The position numbers and the translations under genes were made by a program. Shown in pieces: positions 27,784 through 37,545 of a stretch of 63,807 bases of DNA (position 1 is the stretch's first letter; each line of letters starts with the position of its first letter). The DNA is from Bacteroidales bacterium (GTDB lineage Bacteria > Bacteroidota > Bacteroidia > Bacteroidales > VadinHA17): the NCBI GenBank assembly GCA_025358645.1, contig JANYIW010000189.1:1-63807 (forward strand). The letters run 5' to 3'. The notes below the pieces were generated by a model. It saw only the letters and a program-made list of their open reading frames with translations, had not been told where the DNA came from and did no database searches.

Positions 27784-30498
27784 TTATTTAATTTCTGTAT
27801 CTATTTTATAATTATAAAGGAACCTGTCTGTACCACCGACAATAAGATGCCATCCACTCTTATCAGATAATTTTCCGATTGAGAACATGGATGCGCCTCT
27901 GAGAGGAAATCCATTCATTGTTTTTCCATTCTTACCTATGAGATAAATCAGATTCTTTTTCACATCAATTACACCGATTTTTCTATCGGCAGTTGAAAAG
28001 ATAAAATTAATCGGTCCACCAAGGTTATCAGAGCCAAATTCCCGCGTAAAAATCTCTGTCAGGTTATGGTTATAAAGATACAATATACCTTTATCAATAA
28101 AAATATATTCAACAAATCCATCAGCATCCACATCAAAAATATCGAATGAATGTTCACTTGAAAATTTCTTAATGCTTAATTTTTTAACGCTCCCGTCGAA
28201 ATAAATAAGTTGTATTGTACCATCAGGTGAGGAAAATACGACAGAGGGATCTGATCCGGGATTCAATCTCATTGCGGAACCAACAGCTTTGGTAACAGGC
28301 TGATCCAGATTCATCCTTTTGTTTCCAGTCCTGTCAAGAAAATAAACAGCATTTTCATCCGCGGCGACAATATAATCTTTCCCTGAAACTTTAAAATAAT
28401 TTATCTCGGCTTTTACATTTCCGGTAGTCCTGAAGGGTTTCCATCCTTTGACAACGCCTCCTGTCTTGTCGTACGAGTATATCATTTTGTCTTCACCGGC
28501 AATAAATAACCTGTAATTCAAGTTATTGTCATAGTCGAACATAACCATCGCGTTTGTTGCCGGCGATCTGAGTTTTACCGGATATCTCTCAACATAGTTA
28601 CCATTTCTGTCGAGTAGATGAATATAGTTTCTGCCTGAAAACAGCAATTGATATTTTCCGTTACGGAAATAATCAATCATATAAATTGTGCTTACAATCC
28701 TCTCATTTAGTGGTACTTTCCATAAAACACGACCGGCTGCATTTATCAGGTATGTATTGTTTTTCATATCCTGAATGAAAATTTCTTTCGCTCCGGTAAT
28801 ATGATTAGTAAAAAAGAACGGTTTTATACTGGCGATAGTGTCGAGCAGAGTCTCCCATTCCGTGTTTGATTCTTCCCTGGCCACTTCTTTGAATTTGATG
28901 GAAAGACTATTATAAATCATGCCATTACTCGATGCAAACTGATATCCGGCAGCCTGAATTTTATTAAGTGAACTTTTATTCGATTTGAGTGCATGAATAA
29001 TATCTTCATTCAGAAACCCTGAAAGATAATCGGTAATATGTGATGGAATACAAAAGAAAAAATACCCGGCCCGGGTGGGCAATGTATTTTCGAAATCCCT
29101 GTATGTCAGGTTATTTGCAAGAGTTTTGTTGAGGATATTGTCATAAAGTAATTTTGAAATAGTTACATAGGAGCTACCGGCAATCATGAAGTTATCATAA
29201 AATGTAAAGTAGGTCTCATTAAAATCAGGGGCGAATCCGTTTAGCATTACCCTGATCAACCCCTTAAAAGAGGTCTTATAAACGGGGATTTTAACCTGAT
29301 CATCCGGTTCAAAATAAAGAATTTCATTTTTGGCGCCTGTCTCTTCAAGGAAAAGCTGTTCAGCCTGAACCCGGTTAGTTAATTCATAAATAATCAAAGT
29401 ATTATCACTAACCGGTTGTCCCTTGAGATCAATTATCGCCCTTGTTATCTCCTGTCCTGTGTATGGTTTAATCTTAACAGCGAGATCTGATGCTTCCTGT
29501 GATACTGAACTATCAGATACTATATGAAGATTTAAAGAAGGGAGAATAAGGGTTTCAAAAAGCACAGTCGACGACGGTAGAATCTTATAGGTATGAAAAT
29601 CTCTTGAAGGAAGAGTTTTATACTTGTAAAGTAATTCAGATGAATCTACACTTTCTGTATATCCGCTCAGAACAAGTCCATCTTCGCTGATATATATATC
29701 TCCTCCTGCTGTTCCTGCCAGCCTGGCAACATTCTTTACCAATTCTTTTCTCCCGGGAATTAAAAGAGGTCTGATAAAATCCGGAAGATTACGAAAAACT
29801 ACAAATATTTTATCGGCATTTTTCCCGGAAGCCAGTAAAACCCTTGTGAATCCCGGAGCATTTCTGATATCACTTCCACTTCCTGCCTGAATACCTGCTT
29901 TTTCAACCAGCGCTTTCGAATTTGTGCATACCATTAAACCTGATAACAGTGAAATATAAACTGTGTCAACGTTGTTCTCTTTAAGAAAAGGAATCTCAAT
30001 AACCGGATTACCGTTTAGCCTGATTTCAGTCACATCCTTAATTCCCGATGTGCTTAACATCTCTTTAATATGCCGCGACCTTATGTCACCAGGGACGGGC
30101 ATAGAAAGCATTGGTAAAATTTCCCCCTTCTTGTCTGTATGAAATGATATTATTGCAGCGCTTTCGTTAAATAACTTTTTAAAACTCTGCTTATTCAACA
30201 GATCTGTAAGAAATTTAAGCTGCCGGTTAAACCCGTCAAGTTCCCTGACCTTCCCTGCTTCTCCAAATAATCCCCTGCCTGTTGTCAGGGAATTCATGAA
30301 ACTTTTAAGATCAACCGTCTCTATTAAAATGCAGGCATCCGGAGGAACTGTCTTAAAAGGATCTGTAAATAAATTCTTTCTGCCTTGCTGGAGAAAATAT
30401 CCCATTATAACAAGGCCTGAAATCAGGAGTATCACTAATATAATTGCGATCCTTTTCCCCACGTTCAGATTTTTAATAGTTCCATTCAAAATTAACAA
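27784..30498 (-). CDS. large membrane-anchored hypothetical protein with C-terminal beta-propeller-like repeats
   Basis: 904 aa. An N-terminal TM helix (IAIILVILLISGLVIMGYF) and a C-terminal third made of repeated ~45-aa units (..YLINAAGRVLW.., ..LLDRNGNYV.., ..FLDRTGNK.., DVDADGFVEY) reminiscent of FG-GAP/PQQ-like blades. Confidence 0.5.
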   Translation of the reverse strand: MLILNGTIKNLNVGKRIAIILVILLISGLVIMGYFLQQGRKNLFTDPFKTVPPDACILIETVDLKSFMNSLTTGRGLFGEAGKVRELDGFNRQLKFLTDLLNKQSFKKLFNESAAIISFHTDKKGEILPMLSMPVPGDIRSRHIKEMLSTSGIKDVTEIRLNGNPVIEIPFLKENNVDTVYISLLSGLMVCTNSKALVEKAGIQAGSGSDIRNAPGFTRVLLASGKNADKIFVVFRNLPDFIRPLLIPGRKELVKNVARLAGTAGGDIYISEDGLVLSGYTESVDSSELLYKYKTLPSRDFHTYKILPSSTVLFETLILPSLNLHIVSDSSVSQEASDLAVKIKPYTGQEITRAIIDLKGQPVSDNTLIIYELTNRVQAEQLFLEETGAKNEILYFEPDDQVKIPVYKTSFKGLIRVMLNGFAPDFNETYFTFYDNFMIAGSSYVTISKLLYDNILNKTLANNLTYRDFENTLPTRAGYFFFCIPSHITDYLSGFLNEDIIHALKSNKSSLNKIQAAGYQFASSNGMIYNSLSIKFKEVAREESNTEWETLLDTIASIKPFFFTNHITGAKEIFIQDMKNNTYLINAAGRVLWKVPLNERIVSTIYMIDYFRNGKYQLLFSGRNYIHLLDRNGNYVERYPVKLRSPATNAMVMFDYDNNLNYRLFIAGEDKMIYSYDKTGGVVKGWKPFRTTGNVKAEINYFKVSGKDYIVAADENAVYFLDRTGNKRMNLDQPVTKAVGSAMRLNPGSDPSVVFSSPDGTIQLIYFDGSVKKLSIKKFSSEHSFDIFDVDADGFVEYIFIDKGILYLYNHNLTEIFTREFGSDNLGGPINFIFSTADRKIGVIDVKKNLIYLIGKNGKTMNGFPLRGASMFSIGKLSDKSGWHLIVGGTDRFLYNYKIDTEIK

Positions 30499-30517
30499 AT
30501 AAAAGTTTTCTTTTAAG

Positions 30518-31507
30518 TTAAAATGGACGGTACCCGATTATTTCTCTGACTTCTCTCACGGTTTTTGATGCACTCGCTCTCGCCTTTTCCGCACCCTCAG
30601 CAACAACCTTTGAAAGATATTTATTATCAGAGAGTATATCATTAATCCTGATTCTGATTGGTTCTGTAAACTTTATAATATCCTCAGCGAGTTGTTTTTT
30701 CATATCTCCATAACGAATTTCGCATGAGGCATATTTATCCGCGAAAAATTTAACAGTATCCTGGTCTGAAACTACGTTCATAATAGTAAACAGGTTCTTT
30801 ACCGGTTCTGATAGTTCCTGCCCCGGGGTTGTGGGACCGGTATCGGTAACTGCTCTCATCACTTTTTTCTTTATCTCCTGTGGAGTATCAGAAAGAAAAA
30901 TACCATTCCCTTCACTTTTGCCCATTTTCCCTGAACCATCCAGCCCAGGTATTTTAACAAGCTGCTGTCCAAAATTATAGGCATCGGGCTCCGGAAAATA
31001 GTTTACCTCATACATCATATTAAATCTCCTGGCGAACTTCCGGGTCATTTCAAGATGTTGTTCCTGATCCTTCCCGACAGGTACTTTATTAGCTTTATGA
31101 ATTATTATATCGGCTGCCATCAATACCGGGTAGGTTAATAATGCCGCATTAATATTATCGGGTTGTTTTCTTATTTTCTCTTTGAATGAAGCGGTCCTTT
31201 CCAGTTCTCCCACATAGGCATTCATATTCAGCAAAAGATATAACTCTGAGACTTCCGGTACATCACTCTGAATGAAAACAGTTGCAGCATCAGGGTCAAT
31301 TCCGCAGGCAAGATATTCTGCCAGAACCTGCTTGATATTCCCGTGAAGGTCTGCGGGTTTAGGATGAGTTGTAAGCGCATGATAATCTGCAATAAAGAAA
31401 TAGCAGTTATTCTCCTTCTGCATTCTGAGAAAATTCTTTATAGCGCCGAAATAATTTCCAAGATGAAGGTTTCCAGTCGATCTGATACCGCTAACAACTG
31501 TGTCCAT
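30518..31507 (-). CDS. trpS: tryptophan--tRNA ligase
   Basis: 329 aa. GIRSTGNLHLGNYFG (HIGH) and KMGKS (KMSKS). Confidence 0.95.
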   Translation of the reverse strand: MDTVVSGIRSTGNLHLGNYFGAIKNFLRMQKENNCYFFIADYHALTTHPKPADLHGNIKQVLAEYLACGIDPDAATVFIQSDVPEVSELYLLLNMNAYVGELERTASFKEKIRKQPDNINAALLTYPVLMAADIIIHKANKVPVGKDQEQHLEMTRKFARRFNMMYEVNYFPEPDAYNFGQQLVKIPGLDGSGKMGKSEGNGIFLSDTPQEIKKKVMRAVTDTGPTTPGQELSEPVKNLFTIMNVVSDQDTVKFFADKYASCEIRYGDMKKQLAEDIIKFTEPIRIRINDILSDNKYLSKVVAEGAEKARASASKTVREVREIIGYRPF

Positions 31508-31568
31508 GTTAAATCATTATAAAAATAAAGGGCAAATGTAGTAATTTTTTCTTCTCCCTTGGTTTTTA

Positions 31569-32190
31569 CCCCCAACCCCCCCAAGGGGCATAGCCGTCAA
31601 CTTAAGTTCTGGGGATGAATGAGAAACTGCATAAAAAAGTTTCCCCTCCTTTTGAAGGAGGGGTGGTCGGGAAGATTGATTATCTTATATATACAGCATT
31701 TTATTTCCCGTCCCGATTGCTATCGGGAGGGGTGGTTGATTCATTGATTCAGAAGACAACACAGCATAGGTAACTACATAGTTGACTTTTTTTGTGCTTC
31801 AGAAAAACTTGTAATTGAGCTTGATGGAAATCCGCATGGTGAATATCATAAAATAGAAAAAAATAGAAAAAGGGATCAATATCTTGAAGGCCTTGGATTC
31901 TCAATACTGAGGTTTGAAAACAGATTGGTATTCCAGGATCCTGAATTTGTAAAAAATGAAATAAGAAAAGCCTTCAAAAGAAAAGATCCTGAACTTGAAT
32001 AAACAATCAACCACCCCGGCCGGTATAAGGATTTGTATCATATTTAAAAAGTGGTCCGGCCACCTCCCGCACAGCGGGAGGAAATGTATCGGATATATGT
32101 TCAATACTTTCCATTCTGTTTTGTACTAAACTCTCTCACTATTTTACTATATTTAACACCTTAGCTTGACGGCTATGCCCCAAGGGGGGC
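31569..32190. mobile_element. ~620-bp nested-palindrome element carrying a DUF559 remnant (copy A)
   Basis: The outer inverted termini are CATAGCCGTCAA (31589-31600) and TTGACGGCTATG (32166-32177), each next to a C-run/G-run hairpin. The middle inverted modules are tttcccctccttttgaaggaggggtgg and ccacctcccgcacagcgggagg. The inner inverted pair is ggggtggttgat and atcaaccacccc. Related copies lie at 44163-44541 and 50847-51027. Confidence 0.7.
31748..32002 (+). pseudogene. DUF559 (Vsr-like endonuclease fold) gene remnant, 5'-truncated
   Basis: An 84-codon frame reads FRRQHSIGNYIVDFFCASEKLVIELDGNPHGEYHKIEKNRKRDQYLEGLGFSILRFENRLVF..., the conserved core of DUF559. It is preceded directly by an in-frame TGA (31745-31747) and has no start codon. 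Confidence 0.7.
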
Positions 32191-32234
32191 TTAAAATCGG
32201 GAGAATGTCAGTAAATTGATTTTAACAAAAAGAT

Positions 32235-32264
32235 TAAGTCCCTTCCCCTTGGGGGAGGGACTTA
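32235..32264. repeat. GC-rich hairpin TAAGTCCCTTCCCC-TT-GGGGGAGGGACTTA
   Basis: A near-perfect 13-14 bp stem seen directly in the sequence, lying between element copy A and rbfA. Confidence 0.8.
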
Positions 32265-32289
32265 GGGAGAGGTTAAGCTATTTTTTTAT

Positions 32290-32297
32290 TACCTTTG
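32290..32297 (+). promoter_or_regulatory. candidate -7 box (TACCTTTG) for rbfA
   Basis: A TAnnTTTG match 23 nt upstream of ATG 32320. Confidence 0.45.
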
Positions 32298-32319
32298 CCG
32301 GATTAAAATTAAACTGGCC

Positions 32320-32658
32320 ATGGAATCGACAAGACAGAAAAAAGTATCACGATTAATTCAGAAAGAACTGGCCGATATCTTTCTTAAAAGGGGGAACGAA
32401 TTCGCCCACGGTAAGTTAGTCTCAATCACAAGAGTAAGAGTCAGTCCCGATCTCTCTTTTGTCAAAGTCTATATTAGTATATTCCCGGCAACCAATCAGG
32501 ATGATGTTCTCAAAGCAATACAGGAGTACAGTTCAAAGATCAGATTTGAACTTGGTCAAAAAGTCAGGACTCAACTCCGGATAGTACCAGGTATCGCCTT
32601 CCATATTGATGATAGCCTTGACTATATTGACAAAATAGACAAGTTGCTAAAATCCTGA
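32320..32658 (+). CDS. rbfA: ribosome-binding factor A
   Basis: 112 aa. RQKKVSRLIQKELADIF...VSITRVRVSPDLSFVKVYIS is the typical RbfA KH-like core. Confidence 0.9.
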   Translation: MESTRQKKVSRLIQKELADIFLKRGNEFAHGKLVSITRVRVSPDLSFVKVYISIFPATNQDDVLKAIQEYSSKIRFELGQKVRTQLRIVPGIAFHIDDSLDYIDKIDKLLKS

Positions 32659-32663
32659 TATAT

Positions 32664-33479
32664 ATGAAGTACGAGCCAATTAAAAGATCGCTGGGCAGGT
32701 TCTTCGCAGCATCTGTGTTTCTGAGAAAAACACTATATTTTCTTCTTGATCTCCTTCTTCTCCGCACCTGGCATGTTAAAAAAGCATTAAGAAAGATTGC
32801 CAGCCAATTTCCCGGAGATACAACTGTACTGGATGCCGGTTCGGGATTTGGGCAATACTCATGGAATATGAGCAGGATGAACCGCCATTGGAAGATCAAT
32901 GCCATAGATATCAACAAGGAGCAAATAGACGATTGTAACATTTTTTTCGGAAAAACAGGTTTGGCGGACAGGGTTTCCTTTCACACAGTGGATCTCACAA
33001 CACTGAACGACCTCAATTGTTATAACATAATACTATCTGTAGATGTTATGGAGCACATTGAAGAGGATGTGCTGGTATTTCAGAATTTCTATAAATCACT
33101 TAAAAACAATGGTATTTTGCTTATATCGACCCCGTCGGATAAAGGAGGTTCAGATGTACACAGCGACCATGAAAAATCTTTCATTGAGGAACATGTTAGA
33201 GATGGATATAGTATTAAAGATATAACCGAAAAACTTACCCTTGCCGGTTTCAAAACTGTTGAGGCAGGTTATACCTACGGTAAGCCCGGGAATATCTCAT
33301 GGCGATTGTCTATGAAATATCCGATTAAGATGTTAAACATATCTTATCTCTTTTTCCTTCTTCTCCCTTTTTATTATTTGATTTTCTTCCCTGTTTCGAT
33401 TATTCTTAACATTTTTGATCTCCGTTTAACTCATACCACCGGAACCGGATTATTGGTAACCGCCAGAAAACAAGAATAG
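32664..33479 (+). CDS. class I SAM-dependent methyltransferase with C-terminal membrane segment
   Basis: 271 aa. Motif I VLDAGSGFGQY and a post-I acidic residue (AIDIN). The C-terminal hydrophobic stretch is ISYLFFLLLPFYYLIFFPVSIILNIF. Confidence 0.7.
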   Translation: MKYEPIKRSLGRFFAASVFLRKTLYFLLDLLLLRTWHVKKALRKIASQFPGDTTVLDAGSGFGQYSWNMSRMNRHWKINAIDINKEQIDDCNIFFGKTGLADRVSFHTVDLTTLNDLNCYNIILSVDVMEHIEEDVLVFQNFYKSLKNNGILLISTPSDKGGSDVHSDHEKSFIEEHVRDGYSIKDITEKLTLAGFKTVEAGYTYGKPGNISWRLSMKYPIKMLNISYLFFLLLPFYYLIFFPVSIILNIFDLRLTHTTGTGLLVTARKQE

Positions 33480-34702
33480 TGAAGCTCTCATTTTACATAG
33501 CAAAAAGATACCTGTTCGCAAAAAAATCGCGGAATGCAATAAATATTATTTCAACAGTTTCTGTTGCCGGAGTTGCCGTCGGTACAATGGCGCTGATAAT
33601 TATTCTTTCCGTTTTTAACGGACTTGAAACAATGGTCAGTGCGATCTTTAACACTTTTGATCCGGATATTAAAATAACAGCCGCAGAAGGCAAAACATTT
33701 ATTGCCGATACTGCGCGTCTGAAACTTCTGGCTAACGTTGAGGGACTGTCGTGTTATTCTCTTACAATTGAAGACAATGCTCTGCTAAAGTACGGTTCCA
33801 GGCAGTTTATTGCCACCATTAAGGGTATTGACGAAAACTATGCAATGGTTTCAAATATAGACAGTTCAATGTGGGAAGGTGATTTTACATTGAGAAGCGA
33901 TAAAGGTCGTCCGTATGCTATACCCGGCATAGGTGTTGCCCAATATCTTGGGATCAGGGTTAACTTTATAACTCCATTGGAAATAATATTTCCAAGAAAG
34001 ACCGGAGGTACCAACTTTAATGCTGAAAATTCATTAAATCATAAATTTATATTTCCATCAGGGATTTTTGAGGTCGAAAAAGAATACGATTCCAAATATG
34101 TTTATATCCCACTTGATTTCGCCCGCGAACTTACAGAAATCGATAAGGGGGTAACTACCATTGAGATCAGATTCAAAAAACACGCCGAAACGAATGCTGT
34201 TCAAAAGGATATTATTAAAATATTCGGGAAGGGCTTTAAAGTTCAGAACAGGTATGAACAGCAGGCAATATTTTATAAGGTGATGCGATCCGAAAGGCTT
34301 GCTATATTCTTTATTCTTACACTTATACTCATTATCGCTTCATTCAATATCATTGGCTCACTCACAATGCTTATAATCGAGAAAGAGCGTGATATTGAAA
34401 TACTAAAAAGTCTTGGGGCTGATAACAATCTGATCAGAAAAATTTTCATATTTGAAGGTTGGCTGATCTCAATAATCGGTGCATTATCAGGTATTATTCT
34501 GGGTTTTATTGTCTGCTGGCTGCAGCAGACCTATGGCCTGGTAAAACTTCAGAGTCAGTCTCTTATCATGGATTCATACCCGGTGGTTATGAAGATAAAG
34601 GATTTTATAATTGTTCCGGGAACAGTTCTTTTAATAGGATACTGGGCCGCCTGGTATCCTGTCAGGTATCTTACAAAAAAATACCTCAATAAAGACGTTT
34701 GA
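33479..34702 (+). CDS. FtsX-like ABC transporter permease (LolC/E-like)
   Basis: 407 aa with a GTG start. Layout is an N-terminal TM helix, a large periplasmic loop and a C-terminal FtsX domain (..ERDIEILKSLGA..). Confidence 0.8.
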   Translation: MKLSFYIAKRYLFAKKSRNAINIISTVSVAGVAVGTMALIIILSVFNGLETMVSAIFNTFDPDIKITAAEGKTFIADTARLKLLANVEGLSCYSLTIEDNALLKYGSRQFIATIKGIDENYAMVSNIDSSMWEGDFTLRSDKGRPYAIPGIGVAQYLGIRVNFITPLEIIFPRKTGGTNFNAENSLNHKFIFPSGIFEVEKEYDSKYVYIPLDFARELTEIDKGVTTIEIRFKKHAETNAVQKDIIKIFGKGFKVQNRYEQQAIFYKVMRSERLAIFFILTLILIIASFNIIGSLTMLIIEKERDIEILKSLGADNNLIRKIFIFEGWLISIIGALSGIILGFIVCWLQQTYGLVKLQSQSLIMDSYPVVMKIKDFIIVPGTVLLIGYWAAWYPVRYLTKKYLNKDV

Positions 34703-34748
34703 TAATCAATTATTATATTTACAGGATATCCTGATAAACACAAGCTAA

Positions 34749-35555
34749 ATGAGGAAGACCCTTAATAAAAGGAATACTATGATCAGGTTTGCTTTACTCA
34801 TGATGATGATGATTTCGTTAATTATGGGATCTTGTTCCGGGAGGAAGAATAAACTGGATAAACAAAATCTGATTCCGGAAAAAGAACTGGTTTCATTATT
34901 AACAGATATTCATATTGCGGATGGACTTCTTACCCTGCCTAAGATTAATTCCTGGACTATTTCATTTGACTCTATATCAGTCTATTATAAGGTTATTGAA
35001 AAACATGGCTATACAAAGGAAATCATGGACAGAACAATGAAGTACTATTTTATTAATGATCCCAAAAAACTAAATAAGATATATGATGAGGTTCTTGGCA
35101 TTTTAAGTGAGATGGAATCACGAGTCGAAAAGGAATCAATTGTGGAGATGGCGCATATTTTTAACAAATGGCCGGGAAAAGAGTTTTATTTATTACCGGG
35201 TCTTTCAGGGAACGACTCAACTATGTTTGATATAAACCTTTTCAAACCCGGCACCTATAGTCTTACATTTTCTGCTACTATTTTCCCCGATGACCAGTCA
35301 CTTAATCCACGACCAACTATATATTCCAGTTCTGCTGACAGCATAGATACGGGAAAAAGGCTATATGTTAAAACAATTGATTACATAAAAGATGGCCGTC
35401 CTCATACATACATTCTTACCTTCCCCCTTCCTGAGAGTAAAATTCGTCATATAAGAGGCTGGCTCTATGATTTAGATAACGATCCTTATGGTCTTGAGAA
35501 ACATGCTAAAATAGAGAATCTTTCATTTATCTTCAGCTCAGCTGTAGCATCATGA
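34749..35555 (+). CDS. DUF4296-like lipoprotein
   Basis: 268 aa with lipobox LIMGSC. LIPEKELVSLLTDIHIADG is the DUF4296 signature as I recall it. The true start may be Met-11 (34779). Confidence 0.55.
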   Translation: MRKTLNKRNTMIRFALLMMMMISLIMGSCSGRKNKLDKQNLIPEKELVSLLTDIHIADGLLTLPKINSWTISFDSISVYYKVIEKHGYTKEIMDRTMKYYFINDPKKLNKIYDEVLGILSEMESRVEKESIVEMAHIFNKWPGKEFYLLPGLSGNDSTMFDINLFKPGTYSLTFSATIFPDDQSLNPRPTIYSSSADSIDTGKRLYVKTIDYIKDGRPHTYILTFPLPESKIRHIRGWLYDLDNDPYGLEKHAKIENLSFIFSSAVAS

Positions 35556-36727
35556 AACGTTTTGCTGCCCAATACATAATAACCAACTCAGGTCCTCCCC
35601 TTAAAAGAGCAGTTATAACCACTGAAGATGACGGGACAATTGTAAGTATTGAAGATACATCAGGTGATCTGAAAGAAATACATTCCACAGAATTTTACAA
35701 CGGCATTATTATTCCTGGTTTCGTCAATTGTCATTGTCATCTGGAGCTATCCCATTTAAAAGATTATTCCTCAAAAGGAAAGGGTCTCGGGGATTTCATC
35801 GAACAGATCAGAAGTACCAGGGATTACAATAAAGAAAGTGCATACTCATCGATATCCTCTGCGGATAATTATATGTATAAGGAAGGTATAGTTCTATGCG
35901 CTGATGTCTGTAATACTTCCGGTTCCTTCAATATAAAAAAAGAGAGCAGGATCAGTTACATTAACCTCCTTGAAGTATTTGGACTTGATCCGGAAAAAGC
36001 CGGAAGGCGAATAGATGATATAATCAAAGTAGCCAAAACAGCGAAGGAAATGGATCTTCCGTATTCACTGGTTCCGCACTCGGCTTATTCTATGTCGCTG
36101 ACTCTTTTCAGGCTTCTCAGAAATGAAAGTTTAAATAATAAAGTAACTGCCATTCATTTTATGGAATCAGCAGGAGAAGAAGCTTTCCTCAAAAACCAGA
36201 CCGGGTCTCTGATGTCATCTTACAAACGTTCCGGATTGATACCTGCGAGGCTGGAAATACCTGTAAGTCATACTGATGTAGTATTGAATGAGATAACAAA
36301 GTCGGGAAATCTCATTCTTATTCATAATACTTTTGTTGACCGGAAGACCATTAGAATGGTTAAAGAAAGGGAGAATTTATTCTGGTGCCTCTGCCCAAAT
36401 TCAAATATTTATATCGAAAACAAAATCCCTCCACTGAATCTGCTTATTGAAGAGGGCTGTGAAATTGTAATAGGAACCGACAGTCTTGCTTCGAACACTA
36501 AACTCAGTATTCTTGATGAACTTAAAACACTTCAATTTAATTTCCATGAAATCGCGATTGAAGATCTTGTATTCTGGGCTACAATTAATGGAGCTAAGGC
36601 ACTGGGAGAAGAGGAGCAGTATGGAAGCATTGAAACTGGTAAAAAACCCGGACTTCTGCTTCTTCAGAATGTTGACCTTCAGAATATGAAGTTACTTCAT
36701 GATAGTTTTGTGACCAGACTGATTTAA
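35552..36727 (+). CDS. amidohydrolase-family protein (metal-dependent deaminase/chlorohydrolase-like)
   Basis: 391 aa. PGFVNCHCHLELS (HxH metal motif), later H residues and a GTDS motif. It overlaps the upstream gene by 4 nt. Confidence 0.75.
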   Translation: MKRFAAQYIITNSGPPLKRAVITTEDDGTIVSIEDTSGDLKEIHSTEFYNGIIIPGFVNCHCHLELSHLKDYSSKGKGLGDFIEQIRSTRDYNKESAYSSISSADNYMYKEGIVLCADVCNTSGSFNIKKESRISYINLLEVFGLDPEKAGRRIDDIIKVAKTAKEMDLPYSLVPHSAYSMSLTLFRLLRNESLNNKVTAIHFMESAGEEAFLKNQTGSLMSSYKRSGLIPARLEIPVSHTDVVLNEITKSGNLILIHNTFVDRKTIRMVKERENLFWCLCPNSNIYIENKIPPLNLLIEEGCEIVIGTDSLASNTKLSILDELKTLQFNFHEIAIEDLVFWATINGAKALGEEEQYGSIETGKKPGLLLLQNVDLQNMKLLHDSFVTRLI

Positions 36728-36760
36728 TGTTAATTTTGAACCCGGTAACAGGAGATAAAA

Positions 36761-37543
36761 ATGGCCACATTTCTTTTTGATGAGATAATATTCGGACCGG
36801 TTAAAAGCAGGCGGCTGGGTGTCTCCCTTGGAATAAATTTATTACCCACCAAAAGAAAAATCTGTAATTTCAATTGTATCTACTGCGAGTGCGGATGGAC
36901 CAGTGATCTTGAAAAAGCCGTGAGGCAACTTCCCGGGCGTGAGGAAGTTTATAATGCTCTTGAACGGAAACTCTCAGAAATGAAAGCAAAGAGCCAGGCC
37001 CCCGATGTAATAACTTTTGCAGGTAACGGAGAGCCCACTCTTAATCCGGCATTCCCAGGGATAATTGATGACAGTATTATATTGCGGGACAAGTATTTCC
37101 CAAAAGCCAGAATCGCTGTTTTATCAAACGCAACGACAATTGCAAAACCCGGGATAAAGGCCGCCTTGTTAAAAATCGATCAGAACATCCTTAAACTCGA
37201 CTCGGCAATTGATTCCACAATTAAAATTCATAATCAGCCAAGAGTTAATATTAATGTTGAGGAGCTTATTAATAACCTTGCCGGATTCAATGGAAAAGTT
37301 ATAATCCAGACACTCTTTCTGCGTGGGACACATAACGGGAAAGTAATCGACAATACTACTCCTGTTGAAATAGATACATGGTTAAAAGCAATTGAAAGAA
37401 TAAGACCCTCTGAAGTTATGATCTATACAATATCAAGGGATACTCCTGAGGGCGCCATATTAAATAAAGTACCGCTTTCTGAACTAAAGGGAATAGCTGC
37501 ATTGGTAGATTCTATGGGCATCAAAACACAGGTCTCCGGTTAA
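36761..37543 (+). CDS. radical SAM protein
   Basis: 260 aa. FGPVKSRRLGVSLGINL followed by CNFNCIYC (CxxxCxxC) and GNGEPTL. Confidence 0.8.
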   Translation: MATFLFDEIIFGPVKSRRLGVSLGINLLPTKRKICNFNCIYCECGWTSDLEKAVRQLPGREEVYNALERKLSEMKAKSQAPDVITFAGNGEPTLNPAFPGIIDDSIILRDKYFPKARIAVLSNATTIAKPGIKAALLKIDQNILKLDSAIDSTIKIHNQPRVNINVEELINNLAGFNGKVIIQTLFLRGTHNGKVIDNTTPVEIDTWLKAIERIRPSEVMIYTISRDTPEGAILNKVPLSELKGIAALVDSMGIKTQVSG

Positions 37544-37545
37544 GA

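Noticed and set aside
31508-31568. T-box or other leader upstream of trpS; likewise asnS (42154-42291) and cysS (54037-54119).
   Set aside because: The spacers are too short or are filled by repeats. There is no specifier-loop or T-box (AGGGUGGNACCGCG-like) sequence, and T-boxes are not a Bacteroidota feature.
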